Source: an uncultured Clostridia bacterium (GTDB lineage: Bacteria > Bacillota > Clostridia > Christensenellales > UBA1242). From it: DNA of 64,000 nt. The position numbers were made by a program, and so were the translations under genes. The notes beneath the pieces are model-generated. The model saw only the letters and a list, made by a program, of their open reading frames with translations, did not search any database and had not been told where the DNA came from. Shown here one piece after another: positions 9,702 through 19,841 of the stretch. How positions within the stretch are numbered: the first letter of the stretch is position 1; every line of letters starts with the position of its first letter. The stretch covers positions 2,529 through 66,528 of the forward strand of contig CALWKA010000001.1 of assembly GCA_944381155.1 (NCBI GenBank), in the 5' to 3' direction.

Positions 9702-10868
9702 ATGTGTAAATCAAAAAAATCTATCTACAAAATTTCTTTAATCATTTTATGTTTGTCTTTAAGTTTAATATTTTTTCTTCCTAATCGGACGATTCAAGCG
9801 GATGCAAGTTTTTCTACCGATGCAGTTTATAAGTCCGCGGTTTTGATAGAAAAAAATTCAAAACAAATTTTGTTTGAAAATGCTAGTGATAAAAAATTGC
9901 CAATCGCTAGCGTCACCAAACTTATGACAATCTTAATAACATTAGAAAAAATTGAAGACTCCACCATTTCGCTAGACGACAAAGTGCGAGTCAGCGCAAA
10001 TGCTAGTGGAATGGGCGGGAGCCAAATCTTCCTTGACGCCGACAGTGAATATGTTTTGTCCGAACTTTTAAAATCTGTGATTGTGGCAAGTGCAAACGAT
10101 TCTTCTGTGGCGCTTGCCGAACATATTGCTGGTAGCGAAGCAAATTTTGTACGCCTAATGAACGAGCGCGCAAGCGAATTGAATATGACGAACACAAACT
10201 ATTCAAATTGCACCGGACTTCCTAGTGCCGAAGGTTATTCCACCGCGTACGACCAAGCCTTGCTATTATCAAAAGTGCTGGACTATGATGTCTATCACGA
10301 ATTTTCTTCAATATGGTACGAAGATTTCACTCATCCAAGCGGGCGCACCACCCAAATGGCAAACACAAACAAACTATCTAGATATTACGATGGTTGTATT
10401 GGCGGAAAAACAGGATCCACAAACGAAGCGAAATATTGTTTAGCAGTTGGCGCAAAGCGAAATGATATGACTCTTATTTCCGTAGTTTTGGGGGCAGACA
10501 GCAGTAAAGAGCGTTTCAAATGTGCGAGTGACCTATTGAATTATGGTTTTGAAAATTTTGAAAGCAAGACACTATTTAGTGATTTGGACTTGCAAGGATT
10601 GGAGATTAAGATCAAAGGAATGGACAGATCTACCCGCCTTACTGCCGAACGAAACTATACAATAGTGAATAAGATTGGTGAAAATGTAAATTATTCGCTA
10701 AACTACAATCTGCCTAGTATGCTTATGAGCGTGAAACAAAATCAAGTGGTTGGGAATGTGGAAATAATTGTGGACGGAGTGGTTGTAGACAAAATAAATA
10801 TTCTAGCGCTCGACACTCACCGCAAAGCAAATGTATGGGATTATTTCAAAGAAATTATCAACAATTAA
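9702..10868 (+). CDS. D-alanyl-D-alanine carboxypeptidase (class A low-MW PBP, DacB/DacF-like)
   Basis: Signal peptide plus SxxK (SVTK), SxN (SAND) and KTG (KTGST) motifs. The preferred start is ATG 9702, after GGAGAG; the track starts at TTG 9684. Confidence 0.85.
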   Translation: MCKSKKSIYKISLIILCLSLSLIFFLPNRTIQADASFSTDAVYKSAVLIEKNSKQILFENASDKKLPIASVTKLMTILITLEKIEDSTISLDDKVRVSANASGMGGSQIFLDADSEYVLSELLKSVIVASANDSSVALAEHIAGSEANFVRLMNERASELNMTNTNYSNCTGLPSAEGYSTAYDQALLLSKVLDYDVYHEFSSIWYEDFTHPSGRTTQMANTNKLSRYYDGCIGGKTGSTNEAKYCLAVGAKRNDMTLISVVLGADSSKERFKCASDLLNYGFENFESKTLFSDLDLQGLEIKIKGMDRSTRLTAERNYTIVNKIGENVNYSLNYNLPSMLMSVKQNQVVGNVEIIVDGVVVDKINILALDTHRKANVWDYFKEIINN

Positions 10869-10951
10869 TTTAATTGTATTTTATCGAATTTTATTATTGA
10901 AAAATCAACTAATACATTCAATTATTGAAATAAACATTTTATTAATTTATT

Positions 10952-10977
10952 AAGGGCAAAATTTGCCCTTTTTATTT
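10952..10977 (+). terminator. Rho-independent terminator after the carboxypeptidase gene
   Basis: AAGGGCAAA-A-TTTGCCCTT followed by a T-run. Confidence 0.8.
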
Positions 10978-11080
10978 TGTTGTTTCTTTAGTTTGCTTTT
11001 TAACAGATCATAAATGATTTATTTTCAATCACAAAACGAAAATCTGTTTTAACAAATATTGTAGAAATTGATTTTAGCAC

Positions 11081-11109
11081 TTGATTTTTATTTTTAACTA
11101 TGATATAAT
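11081..11109 (+). promoter_or_regulatory. Promoter of the rpsF-ssb-rpsR operon (TTGATT-17-TATAAT, with a TG extension)
   Basis: TTGATT at 11081-11086 and TGATATAAT at 11101-11109. The roughly 100-nt leader contains the hairpin ACACTAA...TTAGTGT (11142-11173). Confidence 0.55.
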
Positions 11110-11213
11110 CAATGCGTTAAAAATTTCAACAATATTTTAACACACTAATTTTGATGTCGATGTCTGGTTAGTGTCCTTACCTGAAAAGGTCAATAGTCCA
11201 TAAGGAGGTTAAG

Positions 11214-11495
11214 ATGAAAAATTACGAATTAATGTACATCATTCCAAGTCAATCTACTGACGAAGAAAAAGAAGCTTTAATCGCTCAAGTCAATGGTATG
11301 ATTGAAAAAGATGGTGGCAAAATCGAATCTGTTGAGCGTGTTGGCAACAAAAAACTTGCATACGAGATTCAGAAAATGCGTGAAGGTTTTTATGTTTTGG
11401 TGAACTTCAGTGCAGACGCCAAACTCCCTAACAGATTGGGTTCATTGCTTTCTATCACAAACAACATTTTGCGCTACATCATAGTTGCAAAATAA
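11214..11495 (+). CDS. rpsF: 30S ribosomal protein S6
   Basis: 93 aa starting MKNYELMYII. GGAGG RBS. Conserved rpsF-ssb-rpsR order. Confidence 0.95.
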   Translation: MKNYELMYIIPSQSTDEEKEALIAQVNGMIEKDGGKIESVERVGNKKLAYEIQKMREGFYVLVNFSADAKLPNRLGSLLSITNNILRYIIVAK

Positions 11496-11512
11496 TTAAT
11501 TTAGGAGATGTT

Positions 11513-11926
11513 ATGAATAAAGTTTATTTAATAGGCAATCTCACTCGCGATCCTGAATTGTCCACCACTACTAGTGGAGTGTCAGTATGCAGATTGTCGA
11601 TTGCGGTTAGCAGAAGGTTTTCAAACGCTGATGGTGAAAGAGGTACAGATTTCTTTAATATCACCGCTTGGCGTGGCACTGCTGACAACTGCGCAAAATT
11701 TTTAAAGAAAGGAAACAAAATCGCCGTATCAGGCTCAATTCAAACTAGAAATTATGAGCGTGCAGACGGCACAAAAGGCTTTGCTGTCGATATCATAGCC
11801 GATGAAGTTGAATTCTTGTCATCGAAGAATGATAGTTCGAGCGAAGGTGGTGCATCTGTTGGAGCAAATCCTGCAAATTCGCCAGTCGCCGACCTTCAAC
11901 CAATTGATGACGATTTACCATTTTAA
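11513..11926 (+). CDS. ssb: Single-stranded DNA-binding protein
   Basis: OB-fold N-terminus and an acidic C-terminal tip DDDLPF. Confidence 0.95.
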   Translation: MNKVYLIGNLTRDPELSTTTSGVSVCRLSIAVSRRFSNADGERGTDFFNITAWRGTADNCAKFLKKGNKIAVSGSIQTRNYERADGTKGFAVDIIADEVEFLSSKNDSSSEGGASVGANPANSPVADLQPIDDDLPF

Positions 11927-11944
11927 TAATTAAAGGAGAAATTT

Positions 11945-12268
11945 ATGGCAGAGAAAATTGAAGAACTAGAAGTTGTTGAAACATCCGCTCCTGCAACTGA
12001 AGAAAAAGAAGATAAAGTTGTGGTTGCAGACAAAAAGAAATTCTACAAACAACACAAATCAAATAAGAAGAAAGTATGTATTTTCTGCGAAGATAAAAAC
12101 TGCAAATTCATTGATTACAAAGATCCAAGATTGAAGAAATTTGTTACAGAAGGGGGCAAGATTATCCCTAGCAGACAAACAGGCACTTGCTCTCATCACC
12201 AAAGAGAATTGACGGTTGCAATCAAACGCGCTAGAAACATCGCTTTGCTTCCATTCAGCGGTGACTAA
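11945..12268 (+). CDS. rpsR: 30S ribosomal protein S18 (with an acidic N-terminal extension of about 30 aa)
   Basis: Conserved core KFIDYKD...[29 protein letters not shown]. Confidence 0.9.
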   Translation: MAEKIEELEVVETSAPATEEKEDKVVVADKKKFYKQHKSNKKKVCIFCEDKNCKFIDYKDPRLKKFVTEGGKIIPSRQTGTCSHHQRELTVAIKRARNIALLPFSGD

Positions 12269-12705
12269 AAATACGCTAAAAATAAAATTTTAATTTGAAA
12301 TGACACATATCTGTCAATCATTTGAAACTAGTTTAAATTTTATAAGCATAATGACGCTTCATATTATTGTTTTATATTATTAGTTTCATCGGTTGCAATA
12401 GTGTCATTTTTTTAACTCGCGTTGAATTTATTTGTAAAATTAAAATAGACATATTTTTATTCATAAATTATAAACAATAATTCGTTTAATCTAATTAATT
12501 AATATTATTTATCTTTAAATAAATTTTTAAGTTTTCCACATTTCTTCAACATTTTTAGATAAAATAAAAATAAATTTTGTCGTGATTATATAAATTAATT
12601 GTTAGGTCCGTTTCATAAATATATCTAAATAATCATATAAAATATCTTACTGCTAAATCAAAAATTTTAAACAATGAAAATTTTGTTTGAAATAATTTTC
12701 TTTTT

Positions 12706-12714
12706 TGATATAAT
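12706..12714 (+). promoter_or_regulatory. Extended -10 (TGATATAAT) placed 6 nt before the prfB ATG; predicts a leaderless transcript
   Basis: TATAAT at 12709-12714 and ATG at 12721, with no SD. Confidence 0.5.
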
Positions 12715-12720
12715 ATAATT

Positions 12721-13833
12721 ATGAATATAGAAAATATTGGCGATGAATTATCAAAATTGGTGGACAAGTTTGAAACGACAAAATCTTGTCTTAATTTAAA
12801 CGAGTTGCAAGAGCGCCTAAATTCACTTCTGCGCGAACGCGAATCGCTTTCTTTTTGGAACAACCTTGACTACGCTATGCAGACGAACAAAGAAATCAAG
12901 TCGTTGCAAGAGTTGTTCAATGAAGTACAGTCCATACAAAATAGTTTGACTTCTCTAATTTCAACCGTTCGCAGTCTTGAAAAGGAAACGGATATCGAAC
13001 TTTTGAATCTTGCACTCTCCGAACTTTTGGAGTTGAAAGAAAAGGTGGACGAACTCAATGTTCGCACGCTTCTAGACGAAAAATATGACAACAACGACGC
13101 AATCTTGACCATACATTCGGGTGCGGGCGGAACGGAAGCACAAGATTGGGTGGTTATGCTTATGCGTATGTATAAAATGTATGCTAGCAAAAACAATTTT
13201 GAATTTAGCGTGGTGGACAAACTTGATGGTACAGATGCTGGCTTAAAATCTGTCGTGATTTGGATAAAAGGCGAATACGCTTACGGAAAATTAAAGGGCG
13301 AAATGGGCGTGCATAGGCTAGTTCGAATCAGTCCATTTGACAGCAACAAGCGTAGGCATACGAGTTTTGCTTCTGTGGAAGTTGTCCCCGCTATTTCAAA
13401 AGAAACAGATGTAAAAATTCGCAACGAAGATTTGAAAATCGACACATATCGTAGCAGTGGCGCAGGCGGTCAAAATGTAAACAAAGTTGAAACGGCTGTT
13501 CGCATAACTCATATACCAACCGGAATTGTGGTCACCTGTCAAAATGAGCGAAGCCAATTGCAAAATCGTGAAAATGCTATGAAAATTTTGACAAGTAAAT
13601 TGGTCGCGCTCGAAGAAGAAAAACATAGACAAAATCTAAACGATATAAAAGGCGATCTCAAACGCATAGAATGGGGAAGTCAGATTCGAAGTTATATTTT
13701 CCAACCATACACTATGGTGAAGGATCACCGCACAGATTACGAAACAAGCGATGTTGAAGGAGTGATGAATGGCGATCTCAATCCATTTATCAACGAATAT
13801 TTGAAAAAATCACACACAAAAACAAATAAATAA
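12721..13833 (+). CDS. prfB: Peptide chain release factor 2 (single uninterrupted frame)
   Basis: GGQ motif ([10 protein letters not shown]) and the RF2-type SPF motif (RISPFDS). 370 aa with no internal in-frame stop. Confidence 0.9.
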   Translation: MNIENIGDELSKLVDKFETTKSCLNLNELQERLNSLLRERESLSFWNNLDYAMQTNKEIKSLQELFNEVQSIQNSLTSLISTVRSLEKETDIELLNLALSELLELKEKVDELNVRTLLDEKYDNNDAILTIHSGAGGTEAQDWVVMLMRMYKMYASKNNFEFSVVDKLDGTDAGLKSVVIWIKGEYAYGKLKGEMGVHRLVRISPFDSNKRRHTSFASVEVVPAISKETDVKIRNEDLKIDTYRSSGAGGQNVNKVETAVRITHIPTGIVVTCQNERSQLQNRENAMKILTSKLVALEEEKHRQNLNDIKGDLKRIEWGSQIRSYIFQPYTMVKDHRTDYETSDVEGVMNGDLNPFINEYLKKSHTKTNK

Positions 13834-13921
13834 AAAACTGTTAATATTTTTCAACAATTAAAAACTCAAAACTTTTAATAAAAAAATTCATAGATAATGA
13901 ACTGAATATAATTTTAAAGAC

Positions 13922-13950
13922 TTGAATTTTATTTGACTTTGATATATAAT
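13922..13950 (+). promoter_or_regulatory. Promoter TTGAAT-17-TATAAT immediately upstream of tsaD
   Basis: TTGAAT at 13922-13927 and TATAAT at 13945-13950. The in-frame GTG at 13957 lies 6 nt downstream. Confidence 0.5.
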
Positions 13951-13956
13951 AGGTGT

Positions 13957-14967
13957 GTGAAAAAAGATTTCAAAATATTGGCAATAGAAACAAGTTGTGA
14001 CGAAACAAGTGCTTCAATCGTAGTAAACGGAAGGACTTGTCTTTCCAATATAGTGTCTAGTCAAATTGATATTCACACTAGATTTGGTGGGGTTGTACCC
14101 GAAGTCGCTAGCAGGAATCACATCACCGCAATTGATAATGTGGTCAAACTTGCTCTTAAAAAAGCAAATTTTACTTTCCGCGATATTGACGCAATCGCCG
14201 TAACTTATGGTGCGGGCTTGGTTGGCTCGCTCTTGGTGGGTGTAAGTTATGCAAAGGCGGTCAGTTATGCACTAAACATTCCGCTCATTGCTGTGAATCA
14301 CATATATGGTCACATCGCTGGAAATTATCTGTCTTTTCCCGATCTAGTGCCACCATTTATCTGCTTGGTGGTCAGCGGTGGGCATACCGCTATCATTGAA
14401 GTAAAAGATTTTAATCATCATAAAATCATCGGCTCTACGCTAGACGATGCGGTAGGTGAAAGTTTTGACAAAGTTGCGCGCGTGCTAGGCTTAGGTTATC
14501 CGGGCGGGCCAAAGGTTGACGCACTTGCCAAAAAAGGCAAAAACATAATTCAATTTGCAAAGCCTAATGACAATCTTGGATATAATTTTAGTTTTAGTGG
14601 CAAAAAAACTGCTGTTATAAATTATGTCCATAAATTAGAGCAGGCAGAAAAACCAATTCCGAAAGAAGATATTTGTTTAAGTTTTGAGCGTTGGGTGGTG
14701 GACGAACTTTGCCAAAAGTCGATCGACGCGTGCAAAAGTTTAGGTTATGACAAAATTGTAGTTGCGGGCGGAGTGAGCGCAAACTCTGCATTGAGAGAGT
14801 CGTTATATTCGGAGTGCGAACAAAACAAAATAAAATGTTTCTTCCCGGACTTTCAATTTTGCACAGACAACGCAGCGATGATAGGAAGCGCAGCCTATTA
14901 TGCCTATCTTGACGGTGTGGGGATAGCAGATGTGTCACTATCTCCAAATCCTAGTTTAAGCCTTTAA
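13957..14967 (+). CDS. tsaD: tRNA N6-adenosine threonylcarbamoyltransferase TsaD
   Basis: ILAIETSCDETS at the N-terminus and the metal site VNHIYGH. The start is uncertain. The track uses TTG 13933, which sits inside the predicted promoter, so GTG 13957 is preferred. Confidence 0.85.
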   Translation: MKKDFKILAIETSCDETSASIVVNGRTCLSNIVSSQIDIHTRFGGVVPEVASRNHITAIDNVVKLALKKANFTFRDIDAIAVTYGAGLVGSLLVGVSYAKAVSYALNIPLIAVNHIYGHIAGNYLSFPDLVPPFICLVVSGGHTAIIEVKDFNHHKIIGSTLDDAVGESFDKVARVLGLGYPGGPKVDALAKKGKNIIQFAKPNDNLGYNFSFSGKKTAVINYVHKLEQAEKPIPKEDICLSFERWVVDELCQKSIDACKSLGYDKIVVAGGVSANSALRESLYSECEQNKIKCFFPDFQFCTDNAAMIGSAAYYAYLDGVGIADVSLSPNPSLSL

Positions 14968-15525
14968 ATCGTTAAAAATTATTTTAATTTAGAATGAAAA
15001 CAAATATTGTAAATTATCAAACATTGATATAAATATATTCTTAAAATTTACTCACCAAAAATTGCACTAATTGAATGTAATAAATTTTAAAATATATTTT
15101 GAAATTGCACTCAAATTAATTTACCTTTCAAAATCAGTAAAAATGAATGTGTATGCATTTGCTAGTCGCATCTATCCTATACTTTCAATAATAATCATAC
15201 TTTCAACAACAATTTTACTAATATTATTTTATATTTGATTCAATAAAGTTTACATTCTATTTATAATATCTTATAATATTATCGTTATCTCATTTTATTT
15301 ATATTTTATATGTTTAGACGATTTTAGATAAAGATTATCGCTAGGGGTATTGTGACAATCAAACAAAATTCGGTATAATTTTACATTCAATTATGCTTAT
15401 CCATAGTAATATTTGAATTAAAATTTCTTTGTTGTTTTATGGATTGTATATTATATTGTGGTGTCAAAAAACTAATTCCACAATAATCATAACATTTACA
15501 AAAATAAAACAACAATTCAAGTTAT

Positions 15526-15600
15526 GCTCTCGTGGTGTAATGGATAGCACAATGGTCTTCGGAACCATTAGTTCGGGTTCGAATCCTGACGGGAGCGCCA
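15526..15600 (+). tRNA. tRNA-Arg (anticodon TCG)
   Basis: Acceptor GCTCTCG/CGGGAGC, anticodon stem ATGGT/ACCAT with loop CTTCGGA, T-arm GGTTCGAATCC, encoded CCA. Confidence 0.85.
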
Positions 15601-15603
15601 TAA
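15557..15603 (+). repeat. 47-bp direct repeat, copy 1 (tRNA-Arg from the anticodon loop through CCA plus 3 nt)
   Basis: CTTCGGAACCATTAGTTCGGGTTCGAATCCTGACGGGAGCGCCATAA is identical at 16434-16480. Confidence 0.95.
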
Positions 15604-15726
15604 AACCCTTTATTTTAGGGATATCTAGCAAATTTAGGTTTCGCTGTTTACATTACAAGAACTGATAGATTTGAAACAGAGTCAAAGATCACTTGAGTTA
15701 TTTAAAAAATCGAAGGATATAATATT

Positions 15727-16191
15727 ATGAATATAGTTTATTGCCATCATGCATAAAGAATTTTTACAGGAAGTCAAAAAGATGATATAACTGATCTAGG
15801 GAGAAAAGATGCCGAACTTGTTGGACAATTTATAAAACATATACCTAATGTAAAAGCGATTTATATATCTCATTATTTTAGATGTATAGAAACAGCAAGA
15901 ATAATAAACAAATCTCTTAATGTACCCATTATTGAAGAAGATAGGTTTAATGAATTTGTTAGTAAAGAAAACAAAGAAACATGGATTGATTTGCAAAAGA
16001 GAGTTATTGCAGGTATTAAAGATATCGTTAATAAATATAATGATGAAGATAGTATTATTTGTGTGACATCTGGTGTTAATATCGCGGGTTTTCTTGATTG
16101 GAATTTAGGACTAGAACCAAGTGAAAATATGCCATTTTTAGGAATTATTTCGTGTTCACCGGTAATATTTAAATACAATAAAAAATCATAA
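15727..16191 (+). pseudogene. Histidine phosphatase (phosphoglycerate mutase family) with an in-frame TAA at 15754-15756
   Basis: MNIVYCHHA*RIFTGSQKDDITDLGRKDAELVGQF... continues in the same frame into track ORF 15991-16191. The usual RHG catalytic motif is degraded to HHA. Confidence 0.6.
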
Positions 16192-16433
16192 GTTTATTAA
16201 ATTTAAAAGTACAATTTTTTTAGTAATTTATAAATTTTTGCAATAAAAATGCAAGATCTTTGCAAAAGGGGTGTTTTGTGTTGTATTTTTTCGTGTTTGT
16301 ATTGTATAATATTGTTTGATAAGATGAAGTGGCTAAAATGCTGATAAATAAAGGGGTTAAGGAATTTTTAATATGATATTTTATGGTAAAATATGATACA
16401 AAAAGTCGAACTCGCAACAATTGTAGGTTGCCC

Positions 16434-16480
16434 CTTCGGAACCATTAGTTCGGGTTCGAATCCTGACGGGAGCGCCATAA
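16434..16480 (+). repeat. 47-bp direct repeat, copy 2 (orphan tRNA-Arg 3' half)
   Basis: Identical to 15557-15603. It lacks the acceptor 5' strand and the D-arm. Confidence 0.95.
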
Positions 16481-16527
16481 TGTACATAATTATTTTATAA
16501 TATTGTTTAGTAATTTTTTTTAAGCAG

Positions 16528-16556
16528 TTGAAATTTTTTGATTCTTGCGCTAATAT
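16528..16556 (+). promoter_or_regulatory. Promoter TTGAAA-17-TAATAT placed 6 nt before the mnmE ATG; predicts a leaderless transcript
   Basis: TTGAAA at 16528-16533, TAATAT at 16551-16556 and ATG at 16563, with no SD. Confidence 0.55.
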
Positions 16557-16562
16557 ATAGTT

Positions 16563-17876
16563 ATGGATAAAACTATTGTTGCATTAGCCACCCCCGCAGG
16601 AAATAGCGGAGTTGCGGTCATTCGTGTGAGTGGTGAAAACTCAAAAAAATGTTTGCAAAAACTTATTCGCGAAGATTTAGATTTTGAACCACGAAAAATG
16701 TATCTAAAAAAAATCTATTTTTCTGGACTAGAAGATGTTTGTCTAGTCGTGTTCTTTCCATCCCCTCATAGTTACACGGGGGAAGATGTCATTGAAGTCC
16801 AATCGCACGGCGGATATTTTATTGCAAAGAAAATCATTGACGAACTCTTATCTCTCGGTTGTTTTCCTGCATCTGCTGGTGAATTTAGCAAACGCGCCTT
16901 CATAAACGGCAAACTTTCGCTCGACCAAGCAGAAGGAATTATGGATTTAATCAATGCAGAAAGTGATATGCAAGCAAAAAATGGCAGTTTTCTTATGCAG
17001 GGTGAACTGAAAAAAATCATTGAAGAATACCAAAATAGACTGACAGAAATTTTGGCAGAAATCGAAGCAAAACTCGACTATCCCGAATATGAATATACCG
17101 AAAATGAAACGACTGATATTTTGAAAAAATTAAAAGAAATTGACACAAATTTATCTATGCTAATTGTAGATAGCAAAACGGGAATCAAAATAAAAAATGG
17201 CGTGCGTGTGGCGCTGATTGGCGCACCAAATGTTGGGAAATCAAGTCTTCTGAATGCGCTTACGAAAACTAACAAAGCTATAGTCACATCAATCGCCGGC
17301 ACGACGCGTGATGTAATAGAGGGTGAATATGAATTTAGCGGAATCATATTTAGACTATTCGACACAGCGGGAATACACGAAAGTCAGGACGAAGTTGAAA
17401 AAATTGGAATAGAACGCGCAAAACAAATTTTAAACGAAGCAGATATTGTGTTGAAAATTTCGGATGACTCAAATATTTGTAATATTTCCACCGAGCAACC
17501 ATACATCAATGTTATCAACAAATCTGACATAATTGACGAAAAGAAAATTAAAGATCAATTTGCATCAGACTATATTTTGGTCAGTGCAAAAAACAATGAA
17601 AATATAGACGCACTCAAGCAATTGATATTTGACAAAACAATTTTAAAAAAAATTGATTCAAACAAATTGTATTTGACGAACGCGCGACACATTTCGGCAG
17701 TCAAACAGGCAAAGACTTATATTAATAATGCTATATCTCAATTCAATAATACAAGTATGGATATAATATCTAGCGAGATAAAATCGGCTTGGCTAAGTTT
17801 AGGTGAAGTTACTGGCGACACAAACAATGAAACAATAATTGATAAAATCTTTTCAAAATTTTGCTTGGGAAAATAA
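16563..17876 (+). CDS. mnmE: tRNA modification GTPase MnmE
   Basis: G domain motifs GAPNVGKSSLLN and DTAGI. C-terminal CLGK motif. Confidence 0.95.
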   Translation: MDKTIVALATPAGNSGVAVIRVSGENSKKCLQKLIREDLDFEPRKMYLKKIYFSGLEDVCLVVFFPSPHSYTGEDVIEVQSHGGYFIAKKIIDELLSLGCFPASAGEFSKRAFINGKLSLDQAEGIMDLINAESDMQAKNGSFLMQGELKKIIEEYQNRLTEILAEIEAKLDYPEYEYTENETTDILKKLKEIDTNLSMLIVDSKTGIKIKNGVRVALIGAPNVGKSSLLNALTKTNKAIVTSIAGTTRDVIEGEYEFSGIIFRLFDTAGIHESQDEVEKIGIERAKQILNEADIVLKISDDSNICNISTEQPYINVINKSDIIDEKKIKDQFASDYILVSAKNNENIDALKQLIFDKTILKKIDSNKLYLTNARHISAVKQAKTYINNAISQFNNTSMDIISSEIKSAWLSLGEVTGDTNNETIIDKIFSKFCLGK

Positions 17877-17957
17877 ATTATTTATTCTAAAAAATTAATT
17901 AAAATAATCATATAATCAATATTGAAAATATAAAAATATATGATATAATAGGGCGAT

Positions 17958-19820
17958 ATGGAATTTGTAGATGAATATGACGCAATAGTGATAGGTAGTG
18001 GACACGCAGGAAGTGAAGCGTGTCTTGCTTTGGCTAGGCTAAACAAAAAGACATTGCTCACCACTCTCAATTTGGATAGCATCGCTTTTCTTGCCTGCAA
18101 TCCAAGCATTGGCGGAACAGCTAAAGGGCAATTGGCTGGCGAGGTGGATGCACTAGGCGGAGAGATGGGAGTCAATGCGGACAAATCTATGCTTCAACTT
18201 CGCATTCTCAATTCGGGTAAAGGTCCAGCGGTTCAATCTTTGCGCGCACAGGTGGATAAAGTGACATACCACAACGAAATGAAACATACCATTGAAAGAC
18301 AGAAAAATTTGGATGTACTTCAATGCGAAGTTGCTGAAATTTTGGTTGAAAATAGCAAAGTGGTAGGAATTAGGACAAGTATGAACGAATATTTTTCGTG
18401 CAAAGCAGTTGTTGTTTGCACGGGGGTATATCTCAATAGTAAAATAATAATTGGCGACTTTACAAAATTCACTGGTCCAAACGGATACGAACCCAGCACA
18501 ATGCTCACAAAATCTTTAATAGATTTAGGCATAGAGATTCGGCGTTTCAAAACAGGAACCCCTGCCCGTGTAGACGCAAAATCAATAGATTATTCAAAAT
18601 TTGAAATTCAGCCAGGTGACGATTTAAACATTTCATTTTCTCCTATTAGCAAAAAGGTGAAAAACAAAAAAGTTTGTTATCTAGGCTACACTTCACCTGC
18701 TATGCACGATTGTATTCGTGAGAATATATTGCACGCTCCACTATATTCGGGCAAAATCAATGGAATTGGTCCGAGATATTGTCCTAGCATTGAAGATAAA
18801 ATTATGCGTTTTTCAGATAAAGAGCGTCATCAACTTTTTTTAGAGCCAGAGAGTGAAAATTCGGATGAAGTGTATGTTCAAGGGATATCTAGCAGTATGC
18901 CTACCGATGTTCAGCGAAAGATGTATTCGTTGATTCCTGGATTTGAAAATGTAAAAATTATGCGTTTTGCTTATGCCATTGAATACGATTGTATAAATGC
19001 CACCGAACTAAAAAATAATCTAGAATCAAAGAAAATTTCAGGGTTGTTTTTTTCAGGTCAAGTCAACGGCACGAGTGGATATGAAGAAGCGGCTGCTCAA
19101 GGTATTATGGCGGGCATCAACGCACAGCGTTATATAGACAATCTTTCTCCTTTCGTACTCGGTAGAGATCAAGCATATATAGGAGTTTTGATAGACGATC
19201 TCGTCACAAAAGATATTATAGAACCATACCGAATGATGACTAGTAGAGCGGAATATCGTTTGATTTTGCGTCAGGACAATTGTGACATTCGCCTAACCGA
19301 GATAGGTAGAAAAATCGGGCTAGTCGATGACAAAAGATACCGAATTTTAAAGAAAAAATTAAAGCAAATCGCGCAAGTAAATCAATCTTTAAATGTTTCG
19401 TATGGTCCAAAAAAATTAGAACAATTATTTGTTGAAAAAAATGAAAGTTTACCAAAATCTGGACTTACATTGAGAGAGTGTGTCAAACGAAATAACATAA
19501 CCATATTTGACATTGCAACTCATTTCAAAATGTTTTCGGATATACCAAAAAATGTATTAGAGTATGTAAACACTGAAATTAAGTATGAAGGATATATCAA
19601 AAAAGAATTAGAGTATATCGAGAAAAATAGACATATTGAAAACTTGAGTTTGCCAGACATAGACTATTCAAAAATAAACGGACTACGAATAGAAGCGCGT
19701 CAAAAACTGAACAAGTTCAAGCCCTCCACACTTGGACAAGCAAAACGAATAGATGGAGTGAGCCCTAGCGATATCAATGTTCTTCTCGTCTATTTAAAAT
19801 TAAAAGGAATTATCAAATAA
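17958..19820 (+). CDS. mnmG: tRNA uridine 5-carboxymethylaminomethyl modification enzyme MnmG
   Basis: 620 aa with the N-terminal FAD motif VIGSGHAGSEA. GidA family. Confidence 0.95.
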   Translation: MEFVDEYDAIVIGSGHAGSEACLALARLNKKTLLTTLNLDSIAFLACNPSIGGTAKGQLAGEVDALGGEMGVNADKSMLQLRILNSGKGPAVQSLRAQVDKVTYHNEMKHTIERQKNLDVLQCEVAEILVENSKVVGIRTSMNEYFSCKAVVVCTGVYLNSKIIIGDFTKFTGPNGYEPSTMLTKSLIDLGIEIRRFKTGTPARVDAKSIDYSKFEIQPGDDLNISFSPISKKVKNKKVCYLGYTSPAMHDCIRENILHAPLYSGKINGIGPRYCPSIEDKIMRFSDKERHQLFLEPESENSDEVYVQGISSSMPTDVQRKMYSLIPGFENVKIMRFAYAIEYDCINATELKNNLESKKISGLFFSGQVNGTSGYEEAAAQGIMAGINAQRYIDNLSPFVLGRDQAYIGVLIDDLVTKDIIEPYRMMTSRAEYRLILRQDNCDIRLTEIGRKIGLVDDKRYRILKKKLKQIAQVNQSLNVSYGPKKLEQLFVEKNESLPKSGLTLRECVKRNNITIFDIATHFKMFSDIPKNVLEYVNTEIKYEGYIKKELEYIEKNRHIENLSLPDIDYSKINGLRIEARQKLNKFKPSTLGQAKRIDGVSPSDINVLLVYLKLKGIIK

Positions 19821-19841
19821 AAATTTAGGAGAAATTTATAA

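Noticed and set aside
11945-12040. Acidic N-terminal extension of ribosomal protein S18 considered as a mis-called start
   Set aside because: The upstream ATG has a good GGAGA RBS, 18 nt after the ssb stop, and the frame is open. The extension is kept as real, but it is not remarkable enough to list as a finding.
15429-15665. 78-aa track ORF overlapping tRNA-Arg(TCG)
   Set aside because: It reads straight through a well-folded tRNA gene. It has no RBS and a low-complexity product.
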